A stretch of 63,917 bases of DNA, the filler included, from Basidiobolus ranarum (lineage: Eukaryota): NCBI GenBank assembly GCA_040143965.1. It is 53 parts of 53 records of this genome, joined end to end, with 100 filler letters (N's around TTAATTAATTAA, not from the genome) between each part and the next. Parts side by side here need not be neighbours in the genome. Positions count along the whole stretch, not along the records: positions 1 to 1,113 come from JASJQH010006367.1; positions 1,214 to 2,326 come from JASJQH010006368.1; positions 2,427 to 3,539 come from JASJQH010006369.1; positions 3,640 to 4,752 come from JASJQH010006370.1; positions 4,853 to 5,965 come from JASJQH010006371.1; positions 6,066 to 7,178 come from JASJQH010006372.1; positions 7,279 to 8,391 come from JASJQH010006373.1; positions 8,492 to 9,603 come from JASJQH010006375.1; 45 more parts are not named here. The stretch is one strand, 5' to 3'. Numbering within the stretch: the stretch's first letter is position 1; each line of letters opens with the position of its first letter. The notes beneath the pieces are model-generated. The model worked only from the letters and a program-made list of their open reading frames with translations, had not been told where the DNA came from and searched no databases. A program made the position numbers and the translations under genes. Positions 1-13,339 of this stretch are shown here, piece by piece.

Positions 1-1112
1 ACCTTATCTACTCGCACTGCTCCTAAACCATTCAACTCTAGTCCTCACTCTTCTGCTTTATCGTCTACCCTTCCATTTATCAAAAAAGCAAATCGAGATA
101 CACCATCAACTACTTTAGAGCAAACAAATGATAACGCTGAGTCACCTTCGGTTTCATCGCGATCACCTTCGCCCCCTGCTCCTTCTAAACCTTCATTTTT
201 AAATTCCTCTAGTAGATTTGGTAACTCTGCTAATACAGTTACTTCGAAGATGAAGATCAACGCAGGAGCGCCTAAATCAACCTCCACATGGTTGTCAACG
301 ACAAGCAAAGCACCTCCAGTTCAACAACGATGGTTACAAAATGCATCTACGTCTTCAGAACCGCGTTCACCACCATCTTTTCTTCGACCAACCCCCAAGT
401 TTTTAAATGATTCCTCCTCTGCCAAAAAAGACGTAGAGTCCACAGATTCAATGTTGTCACCACCGAATGTTACCAGTCAATCTGAATCAGAGGAATCAGA
501 TCTAAACGATAGTGATACAGCCAATAGATTGCCTACACCTCCTAAATCTTTTGACAAACCTGTACCTCCTTTTGTTAATTCCAAAAGCAGAGCTGGTGCA
601 ACTCCTCCTACCTCCTTTCTGCCACCACCGCCATCAGCACCAACAATAAAGGTCCCAGCAGAGGCAGAAAGTCAGTCTAATGATCATCTTCCTCCTTGGC
701 AAAAGAGTATCGGGCGTCCCCGTAGTAGCTCCACTGGTAGAGCTCCTGGAGCTCCTTTGCCGCCGCCACCACCACCATCAACAAATGCTTCAAGTAGTGT
801 GGAAGCGGCCGAAGATAGCAGGATGTCTGTGGCCAATCGTATACGAGGCTTTTCCAGCGTAAGTGTGCCACCGAACAACAGACTACCGAGCCCACCACCT
901 GTTGAGGAGACGAATCGCCCTCCCACTAAGCCCGATTCGCCACATCTATCAGCCCTTAACAATCTTCCTTATCTTTCTGGTAACCGTTCTCGTAGTAGCT
1001 CGGTTGGTAGAGCACCAGGTTCGCCTCTTCCTACCCCACCGCCTCCCAAAGGTGGCCCGTTCCCGTCCCCCCCAGGGCCTGGTCAGGCGTGGAGGGGGTC
1101 TACCGGTCGGAG
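1..1112 (+). CDS. Proline/serine-rich protein fragment (verprolin/WIP- or formin FH1-like); open at both ends
   Basis: Frame +1 is open from base 1 to the gap. It has poly-Pro tracts and a repeated motif RSSS(T/V)GRAPG(A/S)PLP. The family assignment is compositional only. Confidence 0.6.
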
Positions 1113-1213
1113 ANNNNNNNNNNNNNNNNNNNNNNNNNNNNNNNNNNNNNNNNNNNNTTAATTAATTAANNNNNNNNNNNNNNNNNNNNNNNNNNNNNNN
1201 NNNNNNNNNNNNN
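1113..1213. other. Artificial contig spacer (N-run, TTAATTAATTAA, N-run); repeats about every 1.2 kb through the window
   Basis: The same 12-mer, with stops in all six frames, lies inside every N gap. Confidence 0.98.
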
Positions 1214-1302
1214 AGTGCCAAATTGTGCCGCATTAATTTTAGAATACTTTATCCAATATGATATATACAGCACAATCTGGCACTATCACAGAGAACAAGT
1301 CC
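1214..1302. mobile_element. End of a MITE-like TIR element (terminus GAACAAGTC; internal inverted repeat GTGCCAAATTGTGCCG...CAGCACAATCTGGCAC)
   Basis: Near-identical to about 35750-35838; related ends at 11089, 24428-24514 and 45964-46051. Confidence 0.55.
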
Positions 1303-2426
1303 TTTTTAGAAAAAATCTGCAGCGAATCTATTGGATGTATCGTTACATCATTCTACATCCTAATGGTCTTCTTGAAATAGCTCCATGGTATCAGCAATGC
1401 TGATGTATATCTGAAATAGACTCAAGACTGGCATGGGTTTTACACAATAGCTGTTGCAGCTCAACAGTACAGTTGAGAGCATATTTTGCAGCATCCCAGA
1501 TTAGTCAGTTCAAGTAAGTAGTAAGGCCCTTGGCCTAAGGTTTTTTAAGGTAGGATGTTGTGCATCCAAGAGTCCAGCACTAGCTCACATCATAGTATGA
1601 TCTTAAATAATGCTACATCAACTGGCAGGTATTATGCTATTACTGCGCTGGATAGAATTTCAAACCCAACAAAGGCGGCATTGGGCTGAGGGATCTTGCC
1701 CTTTTCTCGTCTTTCCTCGTACTCTTGGTTGGCCGGTTCTATATATTGAGATTGAGTGAACCCAAGGGAAAGCAAGGAGTCAGAAAGTAACACTGCCGTT
1801 TACCTGACTTCAATGACACCTACGTAGCGAGCTCTGATTACATATCTCCAGTCGCTTATCAGTCATCAAACTATAAAAGATTTTCCTGAATAAGCAAATA
1901 CCTGTTTGTCTGATCGACAGGGATTGAGTGATATAAGGCTTTTTCGAAACTTCTTTGGATATTCAGTTGTCAGATATACCTGTGAAGTGTGACATTCCAG
2001 AATTAATTCGGCTGCAATGCATACTACGCTTCAAAAGTCTAATTAATGCTCTTTCATCATCAATGCATCCGGATATTACCAACTAGAACCTGGGTTTGCC
2101 CGTTATATGACATAGCAGAGTTTATTGATTTCATGGTTCACGACTCTGCCAAATATCCATAGAAGAAACAATTATGTTGGCTGTTTAATTTATCTTCTAA
2201 TTACCAACAACGTACAATATACTCATTGATTTAGTCACGGACTTTAATGACTACTTTGCCTGAGGAGTGGCCATCAACTAGATGTTTGTAAGCTTCTTTA
2301 CATTCCTTCTCTGACCAACCATACACNNNNNNNNNNNNNNNNNNNNNNNNNNNNNNNNNNNNNNNNNNNNTTAATTAATTAANNNNNNNNNNNNNNNNNN
2401 NNNNNNNNNNNNNNNNNNNNNNNNNN

Positions 2427-3426
2427 TTAGCAGTCCATGTTTTCGTGATTTTAGTTCCAGTTTCAGTCTCCACAAGTGATTTAAAAGCTCCAAAGATAGC
2501 CAATGCTGCTTCTTCTCATTCCATGAAGTAAACCCAAATGTATCTTGTATCATTATCAATAAATGTGATTAAATTTCTTTTTCCACCTAAAGATAAATTT
2601 TGCATAGTTCCACACATATCTGAATGAATTATATCCAATTTTTTGACAGATTTGATCAAACCACAGCACTATAATGGTTGACTGGCTTGTTTTCCATATA
2701 TACATCCCTCACAAATTTCCATTTTGGTAGGGGGGTTCATTTGAATTCCATAAATTAGGCAATTTTTGATCATTTGGCTCAAATAATTGAATCTAATATG
2801 GCCAAATCTCTTGAGTCATAATTGAATGGTTTCTTGGCTGGATTAACTTGTATTTGCACATAATCCTCTTGGACTATATGTAGGTTTGTATAGGTTCTGA
2901 TCCTTTTCTCCCCAAGATAAATAATTCCCATTTTGATCAGTGATATTGCATCCTGACTTATTAAAATTGAATTTCAGCCCTTCTGAGGTGGCCTTGCATA
3001 CTGATATTAAATTATTGGCAATATCTTGAACATGTAGTACATCCTTAAAAGAATACACTTTCTCTTCAGAAGCTCCAGTTAAATTGACCTGAATTGTTCC
3101 TATTCCAATAGCATCCAATGTGTGGTCATCTCCCATTAAAACCTTTCTAATTGGGACTTCTTCATAATCTACAAACCAATGATTTTCATTTGTGATATGT
3201 TGGGAGGCTCCAGAATCAGTATAACACATCTGAGAATCCTTGTTGGTAGTCATAGTTAGAGCAGATATGAACAAGTGATTTTCTGTTGTAACCACATTTC
3301 CAGATTCAGTATATTTTTCTTCTTTTACAATTCTTTTAAAGCAATTTTTGCTTAAATGGCCAGTTCTTTTGCAATAATCACATAGTGTGTTACTTTTCTT
3401 CTTAAAGTGCTTTTAACCTTTATAGG
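2427..3426 (-). mobile_element. Ty1/Copia gag knuckle - protease - GAG-pre-integrase - integrase, degenerate
   Basis: Protease motif YTDSGASQHI, and LDIIHSDMCGTMQ integrase N-terminus; interrupted by stops and frameshifts. Confidence 0.9.
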
Positions 3427-3539
3427 TGTTAAAGTATTTGAGAGTCTGTTGGAAGTGGTTTGGAGTATTAGAGGAATTGGTGGTTTTCACTTATTGATTT
3501 ATTGAGTAGCAAGTTGACATTTATAGTTTTGTCAAGATG
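3427..3539 (-). repeat. Copia LTR family D (TGTTGAAATTAG...ACTTTAACA), 3' portion inserted in gag
   Basis: Matches 44522-44658, 51651-51887, 59407-59677 and 61614-61822. Confidence 0.8.
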
Positions 3540-3639
3540 NNNNNNNNNNNNNNNNNNNNNNNNNNNNNNNNNNNNNNNNNNNNTTAATTAATTAANNNNN
3601 NNNNNNNNNNNNNNNNNNNNNNNNNNNNNNNNNNNNNNN

Positions 3640-4047
3640 TGAGTATGTAAGTGAATTGGATTCCGGCAAATTGTCATGGTCACCTCCTCATCAATCAGAG
3701 CAGTTCTGGGTGCAAAATAGTAGCCGTCTCAATGAGAATGACTATGAATTGCTGAGGTAAGCATCAGCATTTAAACTATCTACTTCAATTCATTACTAGA
3801 ACTAAACTTCACCATTGTTCTTAGACGCCTTGGAAGACTTCTCGTCACCTCCAGCGACCCTCTTGTCTTGGCTGTCGGAGCTCACGATGTTGGTCAATAT
3901 GTGAAGCATTTCGCCAATGGTAAGAAAGTAATCCAAGATATCGGAACAAAGCAACGCATCATGGAGCTTATGGTACATGAGAACTCGGATGTTAGATATC
4001 AAGCTTTACTTGCTGTGCAAAAATTGATGGTCAATGCATGGGCATAA
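3640..4047 (+). CDS. VMA13: V-type ATPase subunit H, C-terminal part; intron 3757-3824
   Basis: Reads EYVSELDSGKLSWSPPHQSEQFW...ENDYELLR / RLGRLL...LAVGAHDVGQYVKH...IMELMVHENSDVRYQALLAVQKLM..., with a GTAAGC...TAG intron. Confidence 0.92.
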
Positions 4048-4852
4048 GCGTCCATTTAGTCATGTTTATCACCACAACAACAATACCTGTTGCTCTCATT
4101 ACTAGCTAATCTAAATACATCTCACTCAAAACATAAATCATACCTATTTGGCCGATATTCCCCTTTCTATAAAATGTTCTACTTCATCTAAGCATCATGT
4201 TCGATCCTGTTGGAGGGCCAGATCAGCATCCAAACCTAACCCGCAAGTCAATTGAGGAAATGTACTGGTAGTATCACTCTTAACCTTGGTTGGCCTTCAT
4301 TGATAGGTTACTTATCTATTGACAGCGGGGTTCTCTGGAAGGATTCATTTAGTTTTAGTGTGGTACTATATCAAATGGGTTACACGACATAATGCTAATA
4401 ATACATATAATAATGCCAATTATCGGAAATCACCCTAAATTGTTCCAAACTATGGGAAATTGACTGGTATTTTCCCTTCTTGTTGTGTTGATTGGGTAGT
4501 GCGACTGTTACCTGGAATTAATCCATATTTACATGCGATGACGTCAGCGCAGAGTGAAGGGTATACTCTCAAGCATACTCTACTATAGCCTTTGTTCCCA
4601 AAGATGAGTAAATGACAGTCGCCCTTACAAAATAACTAGGAGAAGAATACAGTGATTGGTTAGCATAAATACATTGAAATCATCTCCAAGTTCCCTAAGA
4701 TTTCATGAGGAGATTGGGATCAAAGTGAAGTGAGATGACATTGTCAAGGAATNNNNNNNNNNNNNNNNNNNNNNNNNNNNNNNNNNNNNNNNNNNNTTAA
4801 TTAATTAANNNNNNNNNNNNNNNNNNNNNNNNNNNNNNNNNNNNNNNNNNNN

Positions 4853-5965
4853 GATGGAGGGATTCATCCTTTTTCTTAACAAATTGGATTGGAGAGCCTA
4901 CTGGGGACTTTGAATGTTGGATAAATCCTTTCTCCAGATTTTCTGCAATATACTCTTTCAGAATCTTGAGTTCTGGCTGGGTAAGCCCATATATAGGCCC
5001 AAATGGTGGCTGTTTTCCTTCTTGTAGATCTATAGGGCAATCATATGGGCAGTGAGCTGGGAGCATATCAGATTTCTTCTTGTCAAAGACATCAGCAAAG
5101 GCTTGGTATTTGGCTGGGAGCTTATGAACCATGGGTTTGGTAGTTTCAGCTCTTCAACAATAATGGCAATGGATATTGGTTTTATAGATGTTTTTAGGAG
5201 TTGGGCTGTTGATGAGTTGGATACTTTGCAGATTGGCATATATGGACTAGGAGGTGAAGTTTGCTTGAACATCATAATCTTCTTTTTCCAATTGATTACT
5301 GGGCTGTGCTGCATGAGCCATCAGATACCAAGGATGCCTGGGTGGTGAGGTGAAGAAATGATATTAAGGCTATTTCTTCTTGATGAGCAGTGGACATGAG
5401 TGTCATAAAGGTTGTCTCATGTGTTACAGCACCTGATGATAGCAGCCTTCCATCAATTACGTCTACAAGGACTGGACTGGATTTCTTGATTGTTGGGATA
5501 GAGTGGGATCTTACAAAGGCAGAGTCAATGAAACAGGAGGAAGCACCTGAATCAAAAAGTGCAGTTGTGCTTATTGGCTTGGAATTTGGTAGCGGGAGTG
5601 TAATGGGCAGCTTTAATGAATCATATGACTGCAGAGATTGCAATGTATGGTGAAGATACATTTTTGAGGATGGTTTGCCCAACTGCATGCCCATTATTGC
5701 AGCTGGGCGTTGAAGTTTTCCAATGGTTGGGAAGAGTTCTCTTGTACCTGCATATTGTTGATCTTAAATCCAGGATTCTTCTTTGGACAGGTTCTTGCTA
5801 CATGTCCAGGAGCTCCACAATAGAGGAAGAGATTCTCTTGCTAGCATCAATTTATCTCCTCAGGGCTAAGCTTTCTGAAGCAAGTTCCATCAATTTGCAT
5901 TGGGTCATCAGCTTGAGCTGTATTTTGTGTTTGATGGAAGGGGGGTCTGAAAGTAGATGATGAAG
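4853..5965 (-). mobile_element. Ty3/Gypsy (Tf1/sushi chromovirus-like) gag end, protease and start of RT, degenerate
   Basis: Protease motif ALFDSGASSCFID; RT start FGPIYGL...EYIAENLEKGFIQHSKSP...FVKKKD. Confidence 0.9.
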
Positions 5966-6065
5966 NNNNNNNNNNNNNNNNNNNNNNNNNNNNNNNNNNN
6001 NNNNNNNNNTTAATTAATTAANNNNNNNNNNNNNNNNNNNNNNNNNNNNNNNNNNNNNNNNNNNN

Positions 6066-6205
6066 GGGTGAAGCTATTTTGACTGCTACATATATCCAAA
6101 ATAGAAGTCCAACACATAGCAACCATGACTCTAAAACTCCTATTGAAATCTCGACTGGAAACAAGCATAATCTGAATCACCTCAGAATTTTTGGATCAAT
6201 TTTAC
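6066..6205 (+). mobile_element. Copia integrase fragment, interrupted by a CMC element
   Basis: GEAILTATYIQNRSPT...NLNHLRIFGS. Confidence 0.8.
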
Positions 6206-7178
6206 CCCTAAAAAAAATAAAATTGATTTGATCCAGATTGGATCCACCCTTCTAAGTTGCAAAACCATCAGAGAACCGTCACAGTATTGGTGGCTTGCAT
6301 TCTGCCAGGGACTTTGATGGTGTGATGGTGGTTTCTTGATGGTATTATAATTCCATTTGTACATGTTAAAATATTGATTCACATATTTGGCATGCATTAT
6401 TAATTTTTGGCAATATTTGCAAAATATAATTTTTGAATGGCAATTTACTGCATTTACTGCTGTAGGAATTCATATTAATATGCATGCCTTTATTTAGATA
6501 TTTTAGGCTTTGTACTCCAGCCATTATGAGAATCAAAAAATACAAGAATCTTGTTGTGTTTAGTCTCTACATATGCACATACTTGACTGATCAGACATAA
6601 CTCAACAACCTCAATATGCTTTACCAGCAAACTAATGGTGAAAAAATTGCTAAAAAACTGAAATTTTGAATAGCACTGACACTTGGCAAATAGCTGACTC
6701 TTGTCACCATTCAGAATGCAAATAAGCTCTTGGATTTGGGAAAATTTCCATAAAGAATTCAGCCAATATATCCCCAACTTGCGGTCAACAAATCTCCTGC
6801 CACAAGTCAATGTGTCACTGCTTGAATAAATTACTCAATGGCTAAAACAATAATACTGCATATCTCAATCTATCTCACCAAGTAGTCTGTCTTGCAGCTT
6901 TCCTAGAAATACCATCAGATTATTACACAAACAAATTAGTCTGAATTATAGAGGTACTCACTCTGTGTCCATGGATTGGGCTTTGTGGCTGTTGTTGTGC
7001 TCAAACAATGCAAAAACCAGTGAACACATAAAAAAGAGCCCTTTGTTGGAAGGTTAATATACTCTGGAGTCTTGTTAACCCATGACATTACATCCATCAC
7101 AGATTTTGTTAATATATTTTTAATCAGATTAGCATACAATAATACGGAGAATTTCATATAGAGCACCATTTCATCACA
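6206..7178 (-). mobile_element. CMC/EnSpm-type DNA transposon right end and transposase C-terminal region
   Basis: Terminus CCCTAA(C)AAAAATAAAATTGATTTGATCC; the same block recurs at 14088, 15850-16036, 19395-19837, 22052-22923, 26780, 35108, 55600, 57460 and 63216. Confidence 0.75.
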
Positions 7179-7390
7179 NNNNNNNNNNNNNNNNNNNNNN
7201 NNNNNNNNNNNNNNNNNNNNNNTTAATTAATTAANNNNNNNNNNNNNNNNNNNNNNNNNNNNNNNNNNNNNNNNNNNNTGATATACTACCATCGGTACTG
7301 GAATAACCAAGGTCAACATCTAGCAGCAATTCCTCAAAGTTGTCTGGACTTACTGGTTCGACCAAAGTTGCATTTTGACCTACATCATTG

Positions 7391-7988
7391 ACGGAAATAC
7401 ACTATGTGTGGGATGACATGATTAGTTAGGTTTTATGCAATGTTCCAAAGAACATGACTTCCATATAAGGTAATCTTGATGAACTAACACCAGATTGCCA
7501 AGAAGGGATGGCACAGCAGATATGATATCATAATCTAATAATAGAAGAGTTCTAATTGCAGTGGATCAGTATGCTGAGATCAGAATCATGACACAGACTG
7601 AGATCTGATCAAGGAATTCATGGGGCTTATATAGATATTGCAAGGTGAAACATAATATACTTAATAGGGAATATACTGTGGCAAGTTCAAGAGTTGGGGT
7701 GTTAGGGACTACAAGGACCAATACAATGAGGGATGATGTAAGGATGATGTAAGGATGATCAGGTGACCTTGCATGTAAGGTCTTGGCGGAAATACGCTAT
7801 GGGTGGGATGAAATGATTGGTTAGGTTTCATGGATTGTTCCAAAGAACATGATTTCCATATAAGGTAATCTGGATGAACTGACACCAGATTGTCAAGAAG
7901 GGATGGCACAGCAGATATGATGTCATAATCTAATAATAGAGGAGTTCTATTTGTAGTGGATCAGAATGCCAAGATCAGAATCATGATA
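7391..7988 (-). repeat. Two partial copies of Gypsy LTR family A (TGTCATGATTCTG...TTGTGACA), in tandem or nested
   Basis: Both match 42762-43290. Confidence 0.8.
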
Positions 7989-8391
7989 CTCTTTGTTATC
8001 AGCAATCATTAGTCCACTCATAACACTTACAGTAAAGGAAGCAGCTTTGATTATTGAGGAGTAGAGAGTTCAATCCAATCTTAGCAACCAGATGTTTATT
8101 GGTTTTCTTACACTTTTACCACAGTTGATTGGCAACTGTTGCTTGCCACAGACCTGGTACAAGTAGAAAATACTTGTGAATCATATGACTTATAATCCTT
8201 CAGTAATTAAACTGCTTTCATGTCCAAATGGTTGCTTGGCACTCACCAGTGATCTGAAAAACCTGAAGTCATGTACTGTTTGTACACAATTGGCAATCAC
8301 TGAATCAGGTAAATATTGTTCATATTTGACTTACATACCATTGATTCCCCATCTTAAAGTTTTGATGAAATCACCCAAATATAGATCATTG
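7989..8391 (+). mobile_element. CMC transposase N-terminal region, degenerate
   Basis: SCPNGC...SCTVC...YIPLIPHLK, a Cys cluster preceding the tnp2 catalytic domain. Confidence 0.75.
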
Positions 8392-9703
8392 NNNNNNNNN
8401 NNNNNNNNNNNNNNNNNNNNNNNNNNNNNNNNNNNTTAATTAATTAANNNNNNNNNNNNNNNNNNNNNNNNNNNNNNNNNNNNNNNNNNNNGTTACACAA
8501 ACGTATGAAGAATGGAGAATGTGGTGTAACAACACCGTGACTAAACGTGAGCGTTTTATTCGATGCAGATTGGCTAGATAGCCATAACCTTCCAAATGCG
8601 GACGAATGAGCAGGGTATGTCCTATGGATAGAATAATAGCAATATAAATATATCAAAGCTTAGTTCAATTTAGGGTTAGCACTAGCACTTATCTGTTGCT
8701 CTTGTTGCTTCTCCAAGATTTTCAAGTTCGTTTGGGAATATGTGGGAAACATTTCCAAAAGAAGTTGATAAATGATGGATTGGAAATTCTAGGCCAAACT
8801 GGTGATTTGTAATGGACGCAGTATGTTGCAAATATCTCCGTAAGTCTCCATATCTTAAATTTGTAGATTAACATACCTATCTCCTTTAGCCTCCCCAACT
8901 TTCCCCCAACTCTCCCCGGTTTATCTATCCATACAACCTAACCGTAATCATTCCTCTCTTATCTGATTCCAATTTTAGTTCAAGCTACAACTGTGGGATC
9001 ATCATGATCACTCCAGCCATTTGATATGGATGCCGATAGCTGCTTTTTTAAACCAGTTTGGTGTGGAAAGCCACCGACGAAATCCTGTGGCTTTTACTGA
9101 TTTTATTGATATTACTGTTGAATGATGTAAAGAACGGGAAGGTTGCTGGGCTATTACTTTAATATTGTAGGTATCTCTTACCTACCTCGACATATTCCCC
9201 AACCAGTTTGTTATCTATGTTTCTAGAATCATTATCTATCCTTCTGCCCCTGACATCACATTTCTAGAATTCCTCATCTCTGCCAACACTTGCACTTAGA
9301 AGTTCTCTCTGGTGCTCACAACATATATTTTATTAATAAGATATTTCATATTAACTACCTATTCACTAGTGTTTCTCATAGCCAAAGTAATAAGAAACAT
9401 GACACCATATTCTAAAGCAACCAGTCCTAAGGGGTGATAAATAAGAAAATGAAAGATATATTGTATAGCTTAATATGCATAACACTAATATGAACGTGAC
9501 TATATAACATGACTGATGCCAGTCCCACCCACCAGTGTGAAACCCTACGAACAACTCATATGAGTGACACCTTGGTTCTTGCAAGTCCACCACGGAAGTT
9601 CTTNNNNNNNNNNNNNNNNNNNNNNNNNNNNNNNNNNNNNNNNNNNNTTAATTAATTAANNNNNNNNNNNNNNNNNNNNNNNNNNNNNNNNNNNNNNNNN
9701 NNN

Positions 9704-9719
9704 ACCTCTGACACTTGAA

Positions 9720-9750
<31 letters not shown>

Positions 9751-9812
9751 GGCCCCTGCACAAGGATGACACGTAAATCTTGAGTGGACACCTCTTCGGA
9801 GGAAATTTTTTT
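9704..9812 (+). ncRNA. U6: U6 spliceosomal snRNA (5' end truncated by the gap)
   Basis: ATTGGAACGATACAGAGAAGATTAGCATGGCCCCTGCACAAGGATGACAC contains the ACAGAGA box, AGC triad and ISL, followed by a T7 Pol III terminator. Confidence 0.93.
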
Positions 9813-10915
9813 ATGAATTTAATCTTGATTTTGTAAAGAAGTTGGGTTGTAATTCTTCATCATCGAACTGGCAATACAATTTGACTATTCTATCTGTCAG
9901 ATAAGCGATAAAATAATGGGATAATTTTGACCTTTAAAACTCTCACCATAATTTACATATTAACATGCTATAAAAGTAGTGCTATATGAAAGATGAAAGA
10001 TATTTAACTAATAGTTGATTTGTTTAGTATTGGTACTATTGGACAAAGCAATATGCAGCTGCTTGAAAAATACTACATAGTCTAGTGTTAGATTACAATT
10101 TCTTGTCACGTATCTTGAGAATCACCACACACTACATGTCTAAGATTGTTGACTTATACTGCGCATAAGGAGATTGCAATGCAATGGTATTCATTTATAT
10201 TCATATAAAGTCATCTAAAGCAGGAGTAAACTGAGAGTATACTACTTGAACAGTCACCACAGTAAATATAAAATTTTCCTATTATTTCAGTTCAAAGTAA
10301 TTTGGAATGACTTGTCAAATGTAATACTTGAAGTGTAATCTTGACATAACAGTGGTTTTACTTGAGTATTTCTTATATATCCAAAGTTTATTGAATTATA
10401 ATTGCTTGAATGAGTGCTGCATATACAAGTATAAAATAAGCTGCTACACAACTGATTTACATATGGCAATATGCCAGAACAGTAACGTACCGGAAACACT
10501 CAACTCCAACTATGAATTTAGAAGATTTATTTCGAACACATTCTGCATCCTTAATTAGTCATTTCTAAAAAGCGAGATAATAAAGATACTTTGAATGAAA
10601 CAAATAAACTGGTACCTCAATGCCATTGGATGATTAAACGTGCTAAAGCTCCTAGGGAACGAAGACTAGGGGTATCTCTAGAACCATGGAGGTTACAAGC
10701 GTGCGCAACGCTTGGCTGTTGAGCCTTAGAATCTTTACACTCCCCAGCCCCAGCGCGGTTCACCTTACTGTCACTGTAAACATTACGCATCCAGTGGGAA
10801 ACATACTGCCTATGANNNNNNNNNNNNNNNNNNNNNNNNNNNNNNNNNNNNNNNNNNNNTTAATTAATTAANNNNNNNNNNNNNNNNNNNNNNNNNNNNN
10901 NNNNNNNNNNNNNNN

Positions 10916-11088
10916 TCAATCAAAGTTAAGCAAAGTAGACAAAATCTTGATTAATTCTCAATATATTCATACTTCAAAAATATCCATTCAGAGTTTTAGA
11001 CTAGAGACACTAAGAATAAAGCTTTCATCATCTTTTGAATGGGCAATAATTTCTAAAATTACTTTTCCTAAATAACACATTAGTAAAA
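10916..11088. repeat. Unclassified dispersed AT-rich repeat
   Basis: Clearly alignable to 24233-24400. Confidence 0.65.
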
Positions 11089-11159
11089 TAGACTTGTTCC
11101 ATTGGACCAGGTCAGATTGTGCTGCTCAATCCAGCCTGCTAGTACACCATCTGGCATAA
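11089..11159. mobile_element. MITE-like end TAGACTTGTTCC
   Basis: Reverse complement of the GGAACAAGTCTA ends at about 24514 and 46051. Confidence 0.5.
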
Positions 11160-12127
11160 TCTGTCAAATACCATGGCTGGGTCCTATAACACTCCAATCG
11201 ACACTATAAGGAACAATATGGCACTATCCCACCACAATTGGACACAATGATTTTTTTGGAGATATTGTGCCAGCCTGTACCAAGTTACCTGATTTAGTAT
11301 TGCCAAATTATGATTTTGGGTAACTGACAAAGTAAATCCATCCCCTAGTTTGTAACTTAGAATTACCGAATGTAAATCGGGATGCATAGTTTCCTGATGG
11401 ATATTATTGGTAGATTGAGGTTCGAGAAATGGGATTAAATTCAAAGTAATGCACCGAAATGTAATGAGTTGAAACAAATAAATTCAAACCTGGACTAATC
11501 TTGGTTTAATACTCGAAAGACAAACTATCATGTTACCAAAAATACAATCTATTAATTGGGTTACCCCAGAATCGTTTGATAGTTCTAAGGTGTTTTTGTC
11601 AGAGCCGGTTGCGACAGGTGGGCCATATATGCGTAGATCTGTGATGTATACATATGATGGGCATTCTGATCCTAAAGACTTGTGCATTACAACATTAAGG
11701 AATCAGGAGGGACTAATTTTTTGTAAGAGTGTAGAGAAGGAGAAATTTGGTCAAGGGGAGAAGAGGGTTGAGACGAACCACACTAAGGTATGGGTGGCGT
11801 GAAGCAGTGCATGCCTAATGATTTTAAAGATGCCCAGGTATCCACTATGAATTCTTGCTTGGATATATGGGAGTTATTGATAAACTTGACAGAAGCTGGG
11901 GAAGGGGGCATTAGAAAAAAGTGGAAGCAACTTTCAACTCTGCTTTGGAGAGAATACTATATCTTCATGCCTTCAGAAGTCTGCAAGAAAATATACAATA
12001 AGACTCATGAGGATAGAAAGCGTGAATNNNNNNNNNNNNNNNNNNNNNNNNNNNNNNNNNNNNNNNNNNNNTTAATTAATTAANNNNNNNNNNNNNNNNN
12101 NNNNNNNNNNNNNNNNNNNNNNNNNNN

Positions 12128-13239
12128 GCATAGGTATTTGAGTTTTCTTCCCATTATGGTTATGACCATTGCTTCATATATCTTGAAATATTTAAACACT
12201 TCTCCTTTGCTTGACAAAAGATATGAAACTGTGAAGTGAGATTAATCATCAATAAAGATGAGTAAATATTGTTGCTTACTTGGTGTCAGAGTTTGCATGG
12301 GGCCACATAAGTCTGTATGAATAAGATGCAATAAATCTTGGGCTTTGCAAGTTCCTTCTTTTGGAAATGGTTTTCTGGTGATTTTCCCTTGAACATAGCT
12401 TTCACATTCAGTAATATCTGAGGGCTTAGGATCCATTCCAGTACATAGGCTACTTTTAAACAATAGTTTCACACTATTATAGTTTAGATGACCCAAGCAC
12501 TGATGCCAAGTCATCAAGCTTCCAGAAGTGATTGTTGCAAAGTTAGAAATAGTGTCAGTTATTGGTGTAATATTCAGGTGATATAGATTCCCAGCTCTTT
12601 TTCCAGTTGCTACTATCAAGTCCTTTGATTTGTATATGGTTGCTTTCCTTGGCTGAATTTGATATTATAATGTTTCTTTTCAATTGCTCCAATTGAAAAC
12701 AGATTTGCTGTAAATGATGGAATATATAAGACATCTTCCAAGGTTACCATTACACTTTTGGTTTTACTTATTTGTATGTCAAGTGTGACCTTTCCCATTC
12801 CATATGCAACCGGTTTGTTTCTTCCAGCTACCATGATGTCCAGAGGTTTTATTTCCTTATAGTTATGCATTATGTTTCCATTGTGATACATATGATCACT
12901 TGCACCAGAATTTAGAATCCATACATTAGCCGAGTCATTTCCTGACTTAGAGATTGCCATAAGTACATAGTGTTCATTTCCTCTTTTAGTGGTGTTATAT
13001 GCTTCCTTTTTCTTTAAAACCCATTTCTTCTTTAATCTGCTGTAATGTGCTATATGTCCCAGTTTTCCACATTTGTAACATTTAACAGTGCTCCTTTCTG
13101 GTTGGCTATTTTGAGAATAAAATGCTTGTGTAGTTTTTGTTTCATCTGTAAGCTGACTTTGGTCTTTCCTTTTAAATTCTTCGTGACATAGACAAGTGCT
13201 CAGATAATGCTAAGTAAGCTTATCCCCAATTGCTTCCAA
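12128..13239 (-). mobile_element. Copia gag knuckle - protease - integrase (second family), degenerate
   Basis: KCYKCGKLGH, WILNSGASDHM, WHQCLGHLN, LIHTDLCGPM. Confidence 0.9.
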
Positions 13240-13339
13240 NNNNNNNNNNNNNNNNNNNNNNNNNNNNNNNNNNNNNNNNNNNNTTAATTAATTAANNNNN
13301 NNNNNNNNNNNNNNNNNNNNNNNNNNNNNNNNNNNNNNN

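Noticed and set aside
1158-1169. Regularly spaced TTAATTAATTAA repeat, superficially CRISPR-like or an array
   Set aside because: It is always embedded in N-runs, so it is an artificial contig linker. Adjacency between contigs has no biological meaning.
1640-1910. Possible minus-strand exons with splice-like signals
   Set aside because: Stops occur in all tested frames of the upstream segment; unsupported.
4536-4548. TGACGTCA CRE-like palindrome
   Set aside because: A single 8-mer with no linked gene start in the contig.
6206-6212. CCCTAA/TTAGGG as telomeric repeats
   Set aside because: Single units only; they are the termini of the CMC transposon.
8492-8880. CpG-containing stretch with possible exons (VTQTYEEWRMWCNN on +; YGDLRRYL on -)
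   Set aside because: No consistent spliced frame or recognisable family could be established.
11184-12027. Short ORFs on both strands
   Set aside because: No recognisable motifs; left unassigned.
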